This document shows positions 56,631 to 64,000 of a stretch of DNA of 64,000 nt, piece after piece. Source of the DNA: a virus (Duplodnaviria > Caudoviricetes); the IMG/VR virus record IMGVR_UViG_3300042914_002678; one strand, written 5' to 3'. A model generated the notes under the pieces. The model saw nothing but the letters and a program-made list of their open reading frames with translations, did not search any database and had not been told where the DNA came from. Positions within the stretch are counted from its first letter, which is position 1, and each line of letters opens with the position of its first letter. Both the position numbers and the translations under genes were made by a program.

Positions 56631-57139
56631 CTGAGACCGACATCTCAAAAGTTCTCATAGAAGGAGAATACGCAACCATTATGGGAGTGAAGTATAAGAG
56701 AGTGGAAGAACCAAAGACAGCAGTAGAAGAAGCATATAAAGAAGTTTTCGGCAAGTATCCTGAAACTGGTTCAGATGCAACTAAATTTGATATTCAATCC
56801 TGGAATATCTTTCGGTATGGTTGGAATGCAGCAAAGGAAGATGGAGTGGTTGATGAACCAGAGTATTATGATGAAGTAGAGTGGGATGAGAAAGATAATC
56901 CAAAACCTATGGATGAAGTAGTTGATAAGTTGATAAAAGAACAACAAGCACAAAAACTCTACAATAGATTGTATGATGAACTTGGTTATGATTTTGATGC
57001 TTGTAATGATGTTGTAGATTTGGTGGAGGACTGGTTGCCGAAAGAACAATCAGCAGCAGGAAGTCAAAATGTTTATGTGGAGTGTAGTGTAGAAGGTTTT
57101 AATGATTGTCTCACAAAAATCAAGGGGATGTTACGATGA
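56627..57139 (+). CDS. Hypothetical protein (170 aa)
   Basis: ATGA coupling. Confidence 0.6.
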   Translation: MTETDISKVLIEGEYATIMGVKYKRVEEPKTAVEEAYKEVFGKYPETGSDATKFDIQSWNIFRYGWNAAKEDGVVDEPEYYDEVEWDEKDNPKPMDEVVDKLIKEQQAQKLYNRLYDELGYDFDACNDVVDLVEDWLPKEQSAAGSQNVYVECSVEGFNDCLTKIKGMLR

Positions 57140-57327
57140 CTCAACGCAACTTTGAAAAAGAACTTTTCTATTCCCGATATATTGATATGGAAGATGGGAA
57201 TGATAGTGAAACCATTTATTATCCTTCTTTGATTGGTATTATCACAGAGTTGTGTGATAGAATTGAGAAACTTGAAAAGAAGTTAGAAAAACAAGAAGAG
57301 TATGTTGCAGAGCAAAATGAACGATGA
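57136..57327 (+). CDS. Hypothetical protein
   Basis: ATGA coupling; C-terminal coiled coil. Confidence 0.5.
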   Translation: MTQRNFEKELFYSRYIDMEDGNDSETIYYPSLIGIITELCDRIEKLEKKLEKQEEYVAEQNER

Positions 57328-57856
57328 TATGCCGTGGGTTAATCTCACACAAGAGGAAGTAGAAGAACTCCGCAGTAAGAAACAAGAACTCACTGAATAC
57401 GGCAAAGAGAAATTGAGGAAACTTATGAACCAACCTATTGAAGCAAAAGTATCCGAAGAAGATTTTAATAAGATTGTGGATCTTATGAATAATCCACAAC
57501 CATATCCAGATTCTATGTTTGAGGAAGCAGAGCGTCGTGAAGCAGCAAACAGAGAACTTGCAAAGGAAGAATGGGAACGTAGAGAACGTGCTGATACTGT
57601 CCTGCGACGATATAATCACTTCTATAATGAAGAATGTTCTGGTCTTCCCCATGGAACACCAATCACACCAGAACATATGCAGGCAATGACACTTGAATGT
57701 ATGATTGATGCTCTCCGTTGTGAGAATATGAATGTAGAGTATGATGTGATTGCTGTTGACGACATCAAGGATTTGATTGAAGGATTGTATCGGCAAAGTA
57801 ATGAGTTTCTAAAGAGAGTGGAAGAGTTTAAAGATAGTGCTGATGGAGTAGCATAA
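57317..57856 (+). CDS. Mosaic hypothetical protein
   Basis: In-frame ATG (MNDDMPW); internal VSEEDFNKIVDLMNNP segment. Confidence 0.55.
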   Translation: MNDDMPWVNLTQEEVEELRSKKQELTEYGKEKLRKLMNQPIEAKVSEEDFNKIVDLMNNPQPYPDSMFEEAERREAANRELAKEEWERRERADTVLRRYNHFYNEECSGLPHGTPITPEHMQAMTLECMIDALRCENMNVEYDVIAVDDIKDLIEGLYRQSNEFLKRVEEFKDSADGVA

Positions 57857-58035
57857 TGAACCTTACATTTAAACAACATATTCTCTTGTTAGCAGGACTT
57901 ACATTGTTGTGTGATGAATCTGTAAAGGTTAATAACTCTGAAATGCAACACGAAATTCTAGAACTTTCTGCTATTGTTCAAGAGTATGCTGAAAGGAGGC
58001 AAAGGGCAGATGAACGACGAAAAAAACTATCATGA
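57856..58035 (+). CDS. Small hypothetical protein (59 aa)
   Basis: TAATG coupling, GGAG SD. Confidence 0.45.
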   Translation: MNLTFKQHILLLAGLTLLCDESVKVNNSEMQHEILELSAIVQEYAERRQRADERRKKLS

Positions 58036-58217
58036 GTAGATTTACTGAAAATCCTGACGAAATTGTGCTGGAAGATGTGAAGATGTTTCACCTTGAAAGT
58101 ATGAATGAGCGCAGTTTGTGGGTGGGCATTTACACACAAAACGGCAAGACTTACCACTTGAATATTCACGCTGATGGTGATAAACTTAAATACTATTGGA
58201 GTAACGAAACAATCTAA
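58032..58217 (+). CDS. Hypothetical protein
   Basis: ATGA coupling. Confidence 0.55.
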   Translation: MSRFTENPDEIVLEDVKMFHLESMNERSLWVGIYTQNGKTYHLNIHADGDKLKYYWSNETI

Positions 58218-58238
58218 AACTCAAAGGAGAACACTAAA

Positions 58239-58406
58239 ATGAAACTCTGCAACGTTATCTTTTTCTCACTCATTGGTGTTTGTGTTGCTGGTATGGTGTA
58301 TGCTAATACTACGGTAGAAAGGACATCACAACATACATCTACCATTTCTGGAACATCTGGCGATTTGAATTGTTCTGGAACATCCTGTGTTGTAAAAGAA
58401 AAATGA
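58239..58406 (+). CDS. Small secreted/membrane peptide (55 aa)
   Basis: AAGGAG SD; signal-like N-terminus; C-terminal CSGTSC. Confidence 0.5.
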   Translation: MKLCNVIFFSLIGVCVAGMVYANTTVERTSQHTSTISGTSGDLNCSGTSCVVKEK

Positions 58407-58756
58407 GATTTGAAAACCCAACAAAATGGGAACTCTTCCTTGATGGTTTCCGCAATATTCTGTATATTCTTGACTGTTATGATGACGGTGATGAATGGGG
58501 TTATGGTGAGTTCTGGGAGAGTTTGAGTATCGGTTGGTTTGAGGAATACATCTATCCTTATGATGACCCATACAATCTAACCATCAGTCCAGAACGTAAG
58601 TTGAGGTTAGCACAAGAACTACCAAAGATTACTCTATCAGTAGAGGACTATGATGAACTTGTGCGAAAAATCAATGAACCACAAGATCCTGCTGTGGTGG
58701 AAAGAATTAAAGAACTGATGAGTAGGAAAGCCCCCTGGGATGATAATGATGACTGA
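58403..58756 (+). CDS. Hypothetical protein with DUF1778-like C-terminal segment
   Basis: ATGA-coupled start (MRFENPTKW); tail ITLSVEDYDELVRKINEP...LMSRKAPW. Confidence 0.55.
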   Translation: MRFENPTKWELFLDGFRNILYILDCYDDGDEWGYGEFWESLSIGWFEEYIYPYDDPYNLTISPERKLRLAQELPKITLSVEDYDELVRKINEPQDPAVVERIKELMSRKAPWDDNDD

Positions 58757-58982
58757 AGAAGATAAGTATGCTCTCAAAGAGTTGCTCCGTGGTTTTGGTG
58801 TATTTGCTGGTGCCTCTGTTGTATTCATTGTTATTCTGATTGTACTTGCTTATTTTGCCTCAGGTGGTAAACCATTGAGTTCATCATTTGAAATGGTTGA
58901 CAAATACAAAGAATGTGATGTAGTACGCTATGCCCCACATCAGGTTGCAGAATACAAATATTTTTTATATTGTCCGAAATGA
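58740..58982 (+). CDS. Small membrane protein
   Basis: Long hydrophobic helix; two Cys. Confidence 0.55.
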   Translation: MIMMTEEDKYALKELLRGFGVFAGASVVFIVILIVLAYFASGGKPLSSSFEMVDKYKECDVVRYAPHQVAEYKYFLYCPK

Positions 58983-59155
58983 CTGAGAAATCTAAAATCT
59001 TCTATGACATCTGGAAATGTGCTTATCAACGTAGATTCCTATATAAAGGAACTGTAAGAGAGCACAGAGAGCATGAAACTGTGCGTATGTGTCTTGATAT
59101 GAAAGACGTGAAGTTCTATGAGTTTGATACAGACAAACCGCATTATCTACGATGA
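58979..59155 (+). CDS. Hypothetical protein
   Basis: ATGA coupling; similar to 61747-61920. Confidence 0.5.
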   Translation: MTEKSKIFYDIWKCAYQRRFLYKGTVREHREHETVRMCLDMKDVKFYEFDTDKPHYLR

Positions 59156-59496
59156 CTTGGGCAGAGTATATCTTTCAACATCTCATTCCTACTTGGTTTC
59201 ATTCTTTTGGATGTAACTTCCGTATGTGGAGGGACTTGATGACTGGAAACTATGAGAATTATGCTCTACTGAAAGATGATGACCCATTCCAAGAATGTTA
59301 TGAATGGTTCTGGACTTCTATTAACTTGGATGAAACTTACCCTAAAGAGTTTCTTGAGTATTTGCAGCAGATGGTTGATGATATAGAATCTGGCAAAGTA
59401 AAAACATATCCACTTGATGAGGTTATGGATAGAATGAAAGAACTTGTGGGAGATATTATAGATACTGTAGATTTAGATGAGACATTAGATGAGTGA
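59152..59496 (+). CDS. Hypothetical protein
   Basis: ATGA coupling. Confidence 0.55.
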   Translation: MTWAEYIFQHLIPTWFHSFGCNFRMWRDLMTGNYENYALLKDDDPFQECYEWFWTSINLDETYPKEFLEYLQQMVDDIESGKVKTYPLDEVMDRMKELVGDIIDTVDLDETLDE

Positions 59497-59962
59497 AGTT
59501 ACTTTTAAGAAACATAGAGTATTCCGTGAAACAGATGCAGTTGTTTTCTATGATATCTCGGTGGATGGGTCAAACGCTCAGGACCTTGTGGTACATTCTG
59601 GTCCTGCTATCAGTCCTCCTGATGATATTGTAGGAGCAAAGCAGTTTTATATTCACTATCATCAAATAGATCACAATCGTGTTCTATCTGGACTTCGCAC
59701 ATTTGAACTTGTAAATCCAGAGTGGCGTTATCCTTATCATATCGTTCATCTTAATCGTTCTTCTGGTGCATTGGTTATTCCTAAGATGACTTACCATCGT
59801 TCTTATTCTGGTGCCGATGGTTCTATTGTTATCAATCAAGCAATTCGTGATGGTGAGTTTGATCCTGAAACAGAATTTGTGCCAGTATCAGCAGCAAAAG
59901 ATAGTAAACTGTATCATATCCTTGCACACGAAAAACCAGTGATTCATACGCTTGGAGAATAA
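59489..59962 (+). CDS. Cupin-like (RmlC-type) protein
   Basis: FYIHYHQIDHNRVLSGLRTFELV...LVIPKMTYHRS: two-motif cupin pattern with His ligands. Confidence 0.55.
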   Translation: MSEVTFKKHRVFRETDAVVFYDISVDGSNAQDLVVHSGPAISPPDDIVGAKQFYIHYHQIDHNRVLSGLRTFELVNPEWRYPYHIVHLNRSSGALVIPKMTYHRSYSGADGSIVINQAIRDGEFDPETEFVPVSAAKDSKLYHILAHEKPVIHTLGE

Positions 59963-59964
59963 CT

Positions 59965-60360
59965 ATGGGGATGTTTGATTATGTCCGTTCTTCATATGAT
60001 TTGGGAGAACAGTTCACAAATGTAACTTGTCAGACAAAAGATATTGAAGAATGTTATAGTGGTACTATGACACACTTTTGGATTGACCCCAAAGGTGTTT
60101 TGTGGTGTCCTGATTATAAAGGTACAAGCACCTTTGAGATTATAGAAAAGGATGATCCTAGATATAATCCTAAGCATCTATTCTTGAACTATGAGTGGAT
60201 ACCTACGGGGCAACATGGAAAGTATCAAGTTCATCCAATCACAAAGTATATTGAAATCTACCCTGAAAGTTGGAAAGGCGAATGGGAAGATTGGCCCCGA
60301 TTGCGATTACACTTTAAGAATGGTGTGTTACAAGATTATGAGGATGTGACAGGGCGATGA
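59965..60360 (+). CDS. Conserved hypothetical protein
   Basis: GGAG SD; MGMFDYV...CQTKDIE. Confidence 0.6.
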   Translation: MGMFDYVRSSYDLGEQFTNVTCQTKDIEECYSGTMTHFWIDPKGVLWCPDYKGTSTFEIIEKDDPRYNPKHLFLNYEWIPTGQHGKYQVHPITKYIEIYPESWKGEWEDWPRLRLHFKNGVLQDYEDVTGR

Positions 60361-60485
60361 GTGACAAGGTTAAGGTGGTCATTATGTTAAGTGTCCTGGT
60401 GGCACTTGACTTGTGCATCATTGGTGGGATATTATGGAAGGGTCACGCAAACTTCCCTGAACTCATCAAACACCTGCACAAATGA
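60357..60485 (+). CDS. Small membrane peptide (42 aa)
   Basis: ATGA coupling on both sides; hydrophobic helix. Confidence 0.45.
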   Translation: MSDKVKVVIMLSVLVALDLCIIGGILWKGHANFPELIKHLHK

Positions 60486-60943
60486 AAGAGTTTGATTATT
60501 CACTTGATTACAAAACTTTAGATTTCACAAATTTTAGTACAAGAAAACTATATAGAATTGGACGCGGGGAGCAGGGAGTTCTCTTGTGTCGCCCATACAC
60601 CGAAGATATTTGCCAGTATTGGAGGTTCAAGGATGAGACTACTGCTCGCAAATCTGCTCTTAAGATATACGAAATGTTCTGTTCGTACAACAGGAACGAC
60701 GATTTCATTGGTATGGATATGGCACGCAAATTCCTTGAGATGGGATTTACACGGAGTCGGAGATACGCGAATCACTCTGACGGGAAAAAATACTCTGAAG
60801 ATGGTAAAGTATTACCCCAGAACAAAGATGCACTTACAAATGAGAAGGCAAGAGCGGCAACAATCTTCAAACATTTCAGAGATTTAGCAGCAAAAGACCC
60901 AAAGTATGTTATGATGCGTAAAGAGTGGAGAGCAGCAGAATGA
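60482..60943 (+). CDS. DUF4385-family protein
   Basis: YRIGRGEQGVL, DFIGMDMARKFLEMGFTRSRRYANH. Confidence 0.8.
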   Translation: MKEFDYSLDYKTLDFTNFSTRKLYRIGRGEQGVLLCRPYTEDICQYWRFKDETTARKSALKIYEMFCSYNRNDDFIGMDMARKFLEMGFTRSRRYANHSDGKKYSEDGKVLPQNKDALTNEKARAATIFKHFRDLAAKDPKYVMMRKEWRAAE

Positions 60944-61257
60944 CTGAAGCACCTTTGTTTCCCTATGAAAAGTTTGGATACAGACTTGAATTTGGTGAAA
61001 AGAAGAATACTACAATCTGCTGGTTTGAGTGTCAAGAACACCTTGACAAATACCTAGAAAGATATAAACTGGATAAGAGAACTATTAAGATTGATTATCG
61101 TGATGGAGAACCCGTTTCACCCAGTAAAAGGAACAAGAGAAGTGTGGAGCAAACACCTAAACCAAAAAGTAACAGAGGTTCAGGTGCAGTTCAAAAACGA
61201 AAGTCCAGCGTGGATTCCACTAGAAACACTGCTCGCACTACAAAGCGTAAAAAATGA
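60940..61257 (+). CDS. Hypothetical protein with basic tail
   Basis: ATGA-coupled start. Confidence 0.55.
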   Translation: MTEAPLFPYEKFGYRLEFGEKKNTTICWFECQEHLDKYLERYKLDKRTIKIDYRDGEPVSPSKRNKRSVEQTPKPKSNRGSGAVQKRKSSVDSTRNTARTTKRKK

Positions 61258-61403
61258 ACGATAAAACCAAACTCATTCTTGCTCTAATGCAAATTGATAA
61301 TCTTACAAAACTGTTGGAAGGTAATGAATATCAAAAATTTTTATATGGACATTTGATTTCAACACAAATTGAACTACAGAGGCAATTAAGTCATTATGAG
61401 TAA
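61254..61403 (+). CDS. Small hypothetical protein (49 aa)
   Basis: ATGA coupling; MNDKTKLILALMQIDNL. Confidence 0.5.
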   Translation: MNDKTKLILALMQIDNLTKLLEGNEYQKFLYGHLISTQIELQRQLSHYE

Positions 61404-61608
61404 AGAATTGATTGACGAAGCATTTTATGTAGAAGAAAAGAAATATGGACTATGGCAATCTCATTATCCTGATGGAAAAGGTATCATCACATCACTCACT
61501 GAAGAAGAATGTGTGAGAGCAACAAGATTTTATCTGAAAGGGTTGCAAGAAGGATGGGATGATGATAATATTGTAAAACACGAAGGAACTGTAGGAGGAA
61601 AACTCTAA
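61396..61608 (+). CDS. Conserved hypothetical protein
   Basis: FYVEEKKYGLWQS...ATRFYLK...VGGKL. Confidence 0.6.
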   Translation: MSKELIDEAFYVEEKKYGLWQSHYPDGKGIITSLTEEECVRATRFYLKGLQEGWDDDNIVKHEGTVGGKL

Positions 61609-61769
61609 TGGCATTACGCACTTTTACTGACAAGAATGGCAATGTTTGGGAATGGAATGAAACACCCGAAGTATTAGCAGCACTTAAAAACTTTCACGCT
61701 AGAAACTATGAAGGACCACTCTATGCCCCACATCCTGATTTGAGTAATGAAAATAAGACTAACTCCTAA
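61608..61769 (+). CDS. Small hypothetical protein (53 aa)
   Basis: GGAGG SD, TAATG coupling. Confidence 0.45.
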   Translation: MALRTFTDKNGNVWEWNETPEVLAALKNFHARNYEGPLYAPHPDLSNENKTNS

Positions 61770-61920
61770 TCAACAGATGTGGGCTAATATCTTTAAGTGT
61801 GCTGTTGAAAGGTCTAACATTTACTTCAAAGAAAAAGATCTTGATAGACACGCAAGAGAGCACACAACTGTGGTATTAGCAATACAAAAAGGTGAACAGT
61901 TTTGGAAGCAATTGTTGTGA
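61747..61920 (+). CDS. Small hypothetical protein (57 aa)
   Basis: WANIFKCAVERSNIY...HAREHTTV; similar to 58979-59155. Confidence 0.5.
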   Translation: MKIRLTPNQQMWANIFKCAVERSNIYFKEKDLDRHAREHTTVVLAIQKGEQFWKQLL

Positions 61921-62066
61921 ACTATCACGTTCTTGATGAAACAACACCTTGGTATGAGTGGTTGTGTTATTGTGAAATCTGTTATCAATTAGACGTTCCT
62001 GAGCAACCATCTCTGGGACGTTTTATGGCATATCGTAGATACTTAAAATCTATTGGAGTTTTGTAA
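61917..62066 (+). CDS. Small Cys-containing protein (49 aa)
   Basis: GTGA coupling; WYEWLCYCEIC...RFMAYRRYLK. Confidence 0.5.
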   Translation: MNYHVLDETTPWYEWLCYCEICYQLDVPEQPSLGRFMAYRRYLKSIGVL

Positions 62067-62326
62067 TGTTTAATGCTGATCCATTTTGGTTTCATAAAAA
62101 ATGGGGACTAAATGATAAATCACTTGAAGAGAGAATAACAGAATTAGAAAACCTGGTTTCTAGTCTTCAAGAGAAATATAATGAAGCCCTTGAAGATATT
62201 GAAAGGTTAAAAGAAGAAAACGTAGAAACTTCTAATTGTTTGTATGAATTGTCTAATTGTATTGATGCAGTTGATGCGCGTATAGATATTCTGACTTTGG
62301 ATAATTGGGGAAAGAAAAATGTATGA
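62066..62326 (+). CDS. Coiled-coil hypothetical protein
   Basis: Heptad pattern; TAATG coupling. Confidence 0.55.
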   Translation: MFNADPFWFHKKWGLNDKSLEERITELENLVSSLQEKYNEALEDIERLKEENVETSNCLYELSNCIDAVDARIDILTLDNWGKKNV

Positions 62327-62498
62327 ACTTGACTCCTTTGAACGCGCATTAGCACACTTTGGAACCAGAGTTGATATAATCATCGCACTAGAAATGGGAG
62401 GAAAACTTGATGCTGACTCTGCTTACAAGAATATTAAATCTGAACTTAAAGAACTCAAGCGAATCCGTAAACAATACAAAAAAGACACGGATTTGTGA
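62319..62498 (+). CDS. Small hypothetical protein (59 aa)
   Basis: MYELDSFERALAHFGTRVDIIIALEMGGKL...IKSELKELK. Confidence 0.55.
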   Translation: MYELDSFERALAHFGTRVDIIIALEMGGKLDADSAYKNIKSELKELKRIRKQYKKDTDL

Positions 62499-62615
62499 TA
62501 AATGTGGCGAGACAAAACCACTTGACATAGACCACTACCAGGTGGTAAAGTATTTCCGTGATGGTTTCTCCTACTACTGCCACGACTGCTCTAAACCCAA
62601 ACCCAGAGATTGATT

Positions 62616-63329
62616 ATGGACTATAAAAAGTATTCGCTTGAAAATCTTGAGAAGTGGATTGAAGATGCAATCAATAGTAGTGAAGCATCCCCGCAAGAGA
62701 TTTACAATGTCATCAAAAATGTAGTGGCAGATAATTATTACTGCTATAAAAATCACACTGAAAGGTGTTATGAACTTCTAGCACTTCTGAATGGTAATGG
62801 TAATTTTAATCTATCCGAAATTCTAAAAGAAAAAGAGTACTATGAAGGTTCCGAGGATGACAAGATCCTCTCTTGCAATAAAGACGACCAATCACCCGAA
62901 TGTCAAAAGTCTTGGACTGATTTTTGGAATGAGGTAGATGAAAAGCATAGTCGTGAGTATAACCTGCGTGAAGCAGAGTATTATGACAAGCGAGCACAAC
63001 TTGATGCTGAAGTAGAAGCAATCAAAAAAGCAGGTGGTTATGAATGGACACCACATACAAGTTCTGAATATACCCACGCAAAGATTCAGGCAGCATCTCC
63101 ATACAATGACGGATTTACTCAAGAATACTACCAAAACATCGTAGATAAGTATGAGGGGAAAAAAGATACAGTAGTTAAGTGGCAACTTCCCGTTGAGGTA
63201 GATGGTGCAAGTGGTGAATACTTTATTAACTTCCCAGATGATTTGCTAGAAGCAGCAAATCTAAAAGAAGGAGACCAAGTTGAGTGGGTTGCCCAAGGTA
63301 ATGGTTCATATCTGTTGAAGAAAGTGTAA
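62616..63329 (+). CDS. Mosaic protein with C-terminal AbrB/MazE-like domain
   Basis: C-terminus EYFINFPDDLLEAANLKEGDQVEWVAQGNGSYLLKKV. Confidence 0.6.
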   Translation: MDYKKYSLENLEKWIEDAINSSEASPQEIYNVIKNVVADNYYCYKNHTERCYELLALLNGNGNFNLSEILKEKEYYEGSEDDKILSCNKDDQSPECQKSWTDFWNEVDEKHSREYNLREAEYYDKRAQLDAEVEAIKKAGGYEWTPHTSSEYTHAKIQAASPYNDGFTQEYYQNIVDKYEGKKDTVVKWQLPVEVDGASGEYFINFPDDLLEAANLKEGDQVEWVAQGNGSYLLKKV

Positions 63330-63523
63330 TGCATACTCTTCAATTTCTTGCACCTATTCTTGGTGGTCTTTGTGTTAATAATTTTATGGAAAAACAAGGT
63401 GACTTCTGTAACTTTAGACAAGAACCACCATCTGCGATAAAATATTATGAACCTGGAATGTCCTGTTACAAGAATGGGATTTTCTATGAAAAATGTGAAA
63501 ATAGCCCTGAGGTTAAGTATTAA
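63329..63523 (+). CDS. Small Cys-containing protein
   Basis: TAATG coupling. Confidence 0.5.
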   Translation: MHTLQFLAPILGGLCVNNFMEKQGDFCNFRQEPPSAIKYYEPGMSCYKNGIFYEKCENSPEVKY

Positions 63524-63753
63524 TGGCACTAAGTAATTCTGTAGAAGAAAGTTTAAAAGAGGCAGAGCAAAGTTTAAGAAATGCTCTTGCCTTTGCTGCG
63601 CGACAAGAAAAACCTTTTGTTGCCCGCGAGTTGTCAGAAATGATTTGTAGGATTGATACTCTTATCAAAACAGATCAACTTTTTGATAAACTTGAGGAAC
63701 GGATGAAAAGTGATGGTGAAGACCGTGGTTCTTTTGGAACTTTCTTTGGTTAA
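63523..63753 (+). CDS. Hypothetical protein
   Basis: MALSNSVEESLKEA..SLRNALAFAARQE; TAATG coupling. Confidence 0.6.
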   Translation: MALSNSVEESLKEAEQSLRNALAFAARQEKPFVARELSEMICRIDTLIKTDQLFDKLEERMKSDGEDRGSFGTFFG

Positions 63754-63843
63754 GAGATATTAACCAACTACGAAGAAAATATTAAGTTTATAGATACTGA
63801 TGTATTGGTATGCTAACATACCATTGTTATCTGGGGACACACT

Positions 63844-64000
63844 ATGACTTATTCGGCAAAACGTAATACTAAACTTACCGATGCAGAATGGCAAGAGATG
63901 ACTGCACTTAAAAATGCAATCAATGAGCGCCCACAGTCAGTTCATCCAGATAAAATGGAAGAGTTCACTGAGTATTTGGTACGAAGTTTGAAGGAAAAGG
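63844..64000 (+). CDS. Hypothetical protein, 3' truncated
   Basis: GGGG SD-like element; frame open to the window end (LTDAEWQEMTALKNAI). Confidence 0.5.
   Translation, partial: MTYSAKRNTKLTDAEWQEMTALKNAINERPQSVHPDKMEEFTEYLVRSLKEK

Noticed and set aside
63770-63843. Possible NtcA box (GTA-N8-TAC) upstream of the last ORF
   Set aside because: GTTTATAGATAC does not fit the required spacing or consensus.

Overview
This window is part of a T4-like (Tevenvirinae-type) myophage genome, most likely a cyanophage. From left to right it holds: (i) a replication/late-transcription block (phoH, exonuclease, gp33, gp59, gp32) followed by a Mom-like DNA-modifying acetyltransferase; (ii) a baseplate/tail module (gp53, gp48, gp2-like, gp4, tail-tube-like, gp26, gp51, two tape-measure-like proteins, hub, a gp5 split over several ORFs); (iii) about 23 kb of fibre/adhesin genes, including two Gln-rich collagen fibres and a 2265-aa fibre with an S74 chaperone, interrupted by a small island with two tRNAs; (iv) about 20 kb of small, tightly coupled early-type ORFs containing an SF2 helicase, an HNH nuclease, two GIY-YIG endonucleases and repeated promoter cassettes. 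Two observations stand out. First, a complete candidate -1 frameshift signal (SD-like element, T TTT TTC, hairpin) joins gp26 to gp51 just upstream of the tape-measure-like genes. Second, both GIY-YIG genes are preceded by the same two-promoter, hairpin-plus-terminator RNA cassette, whose loop is complementary to the nuclease mRNA leader even though the two cassettes share almost no sequence. Family assignments are from motif recognition by eye and were not checked against databases.
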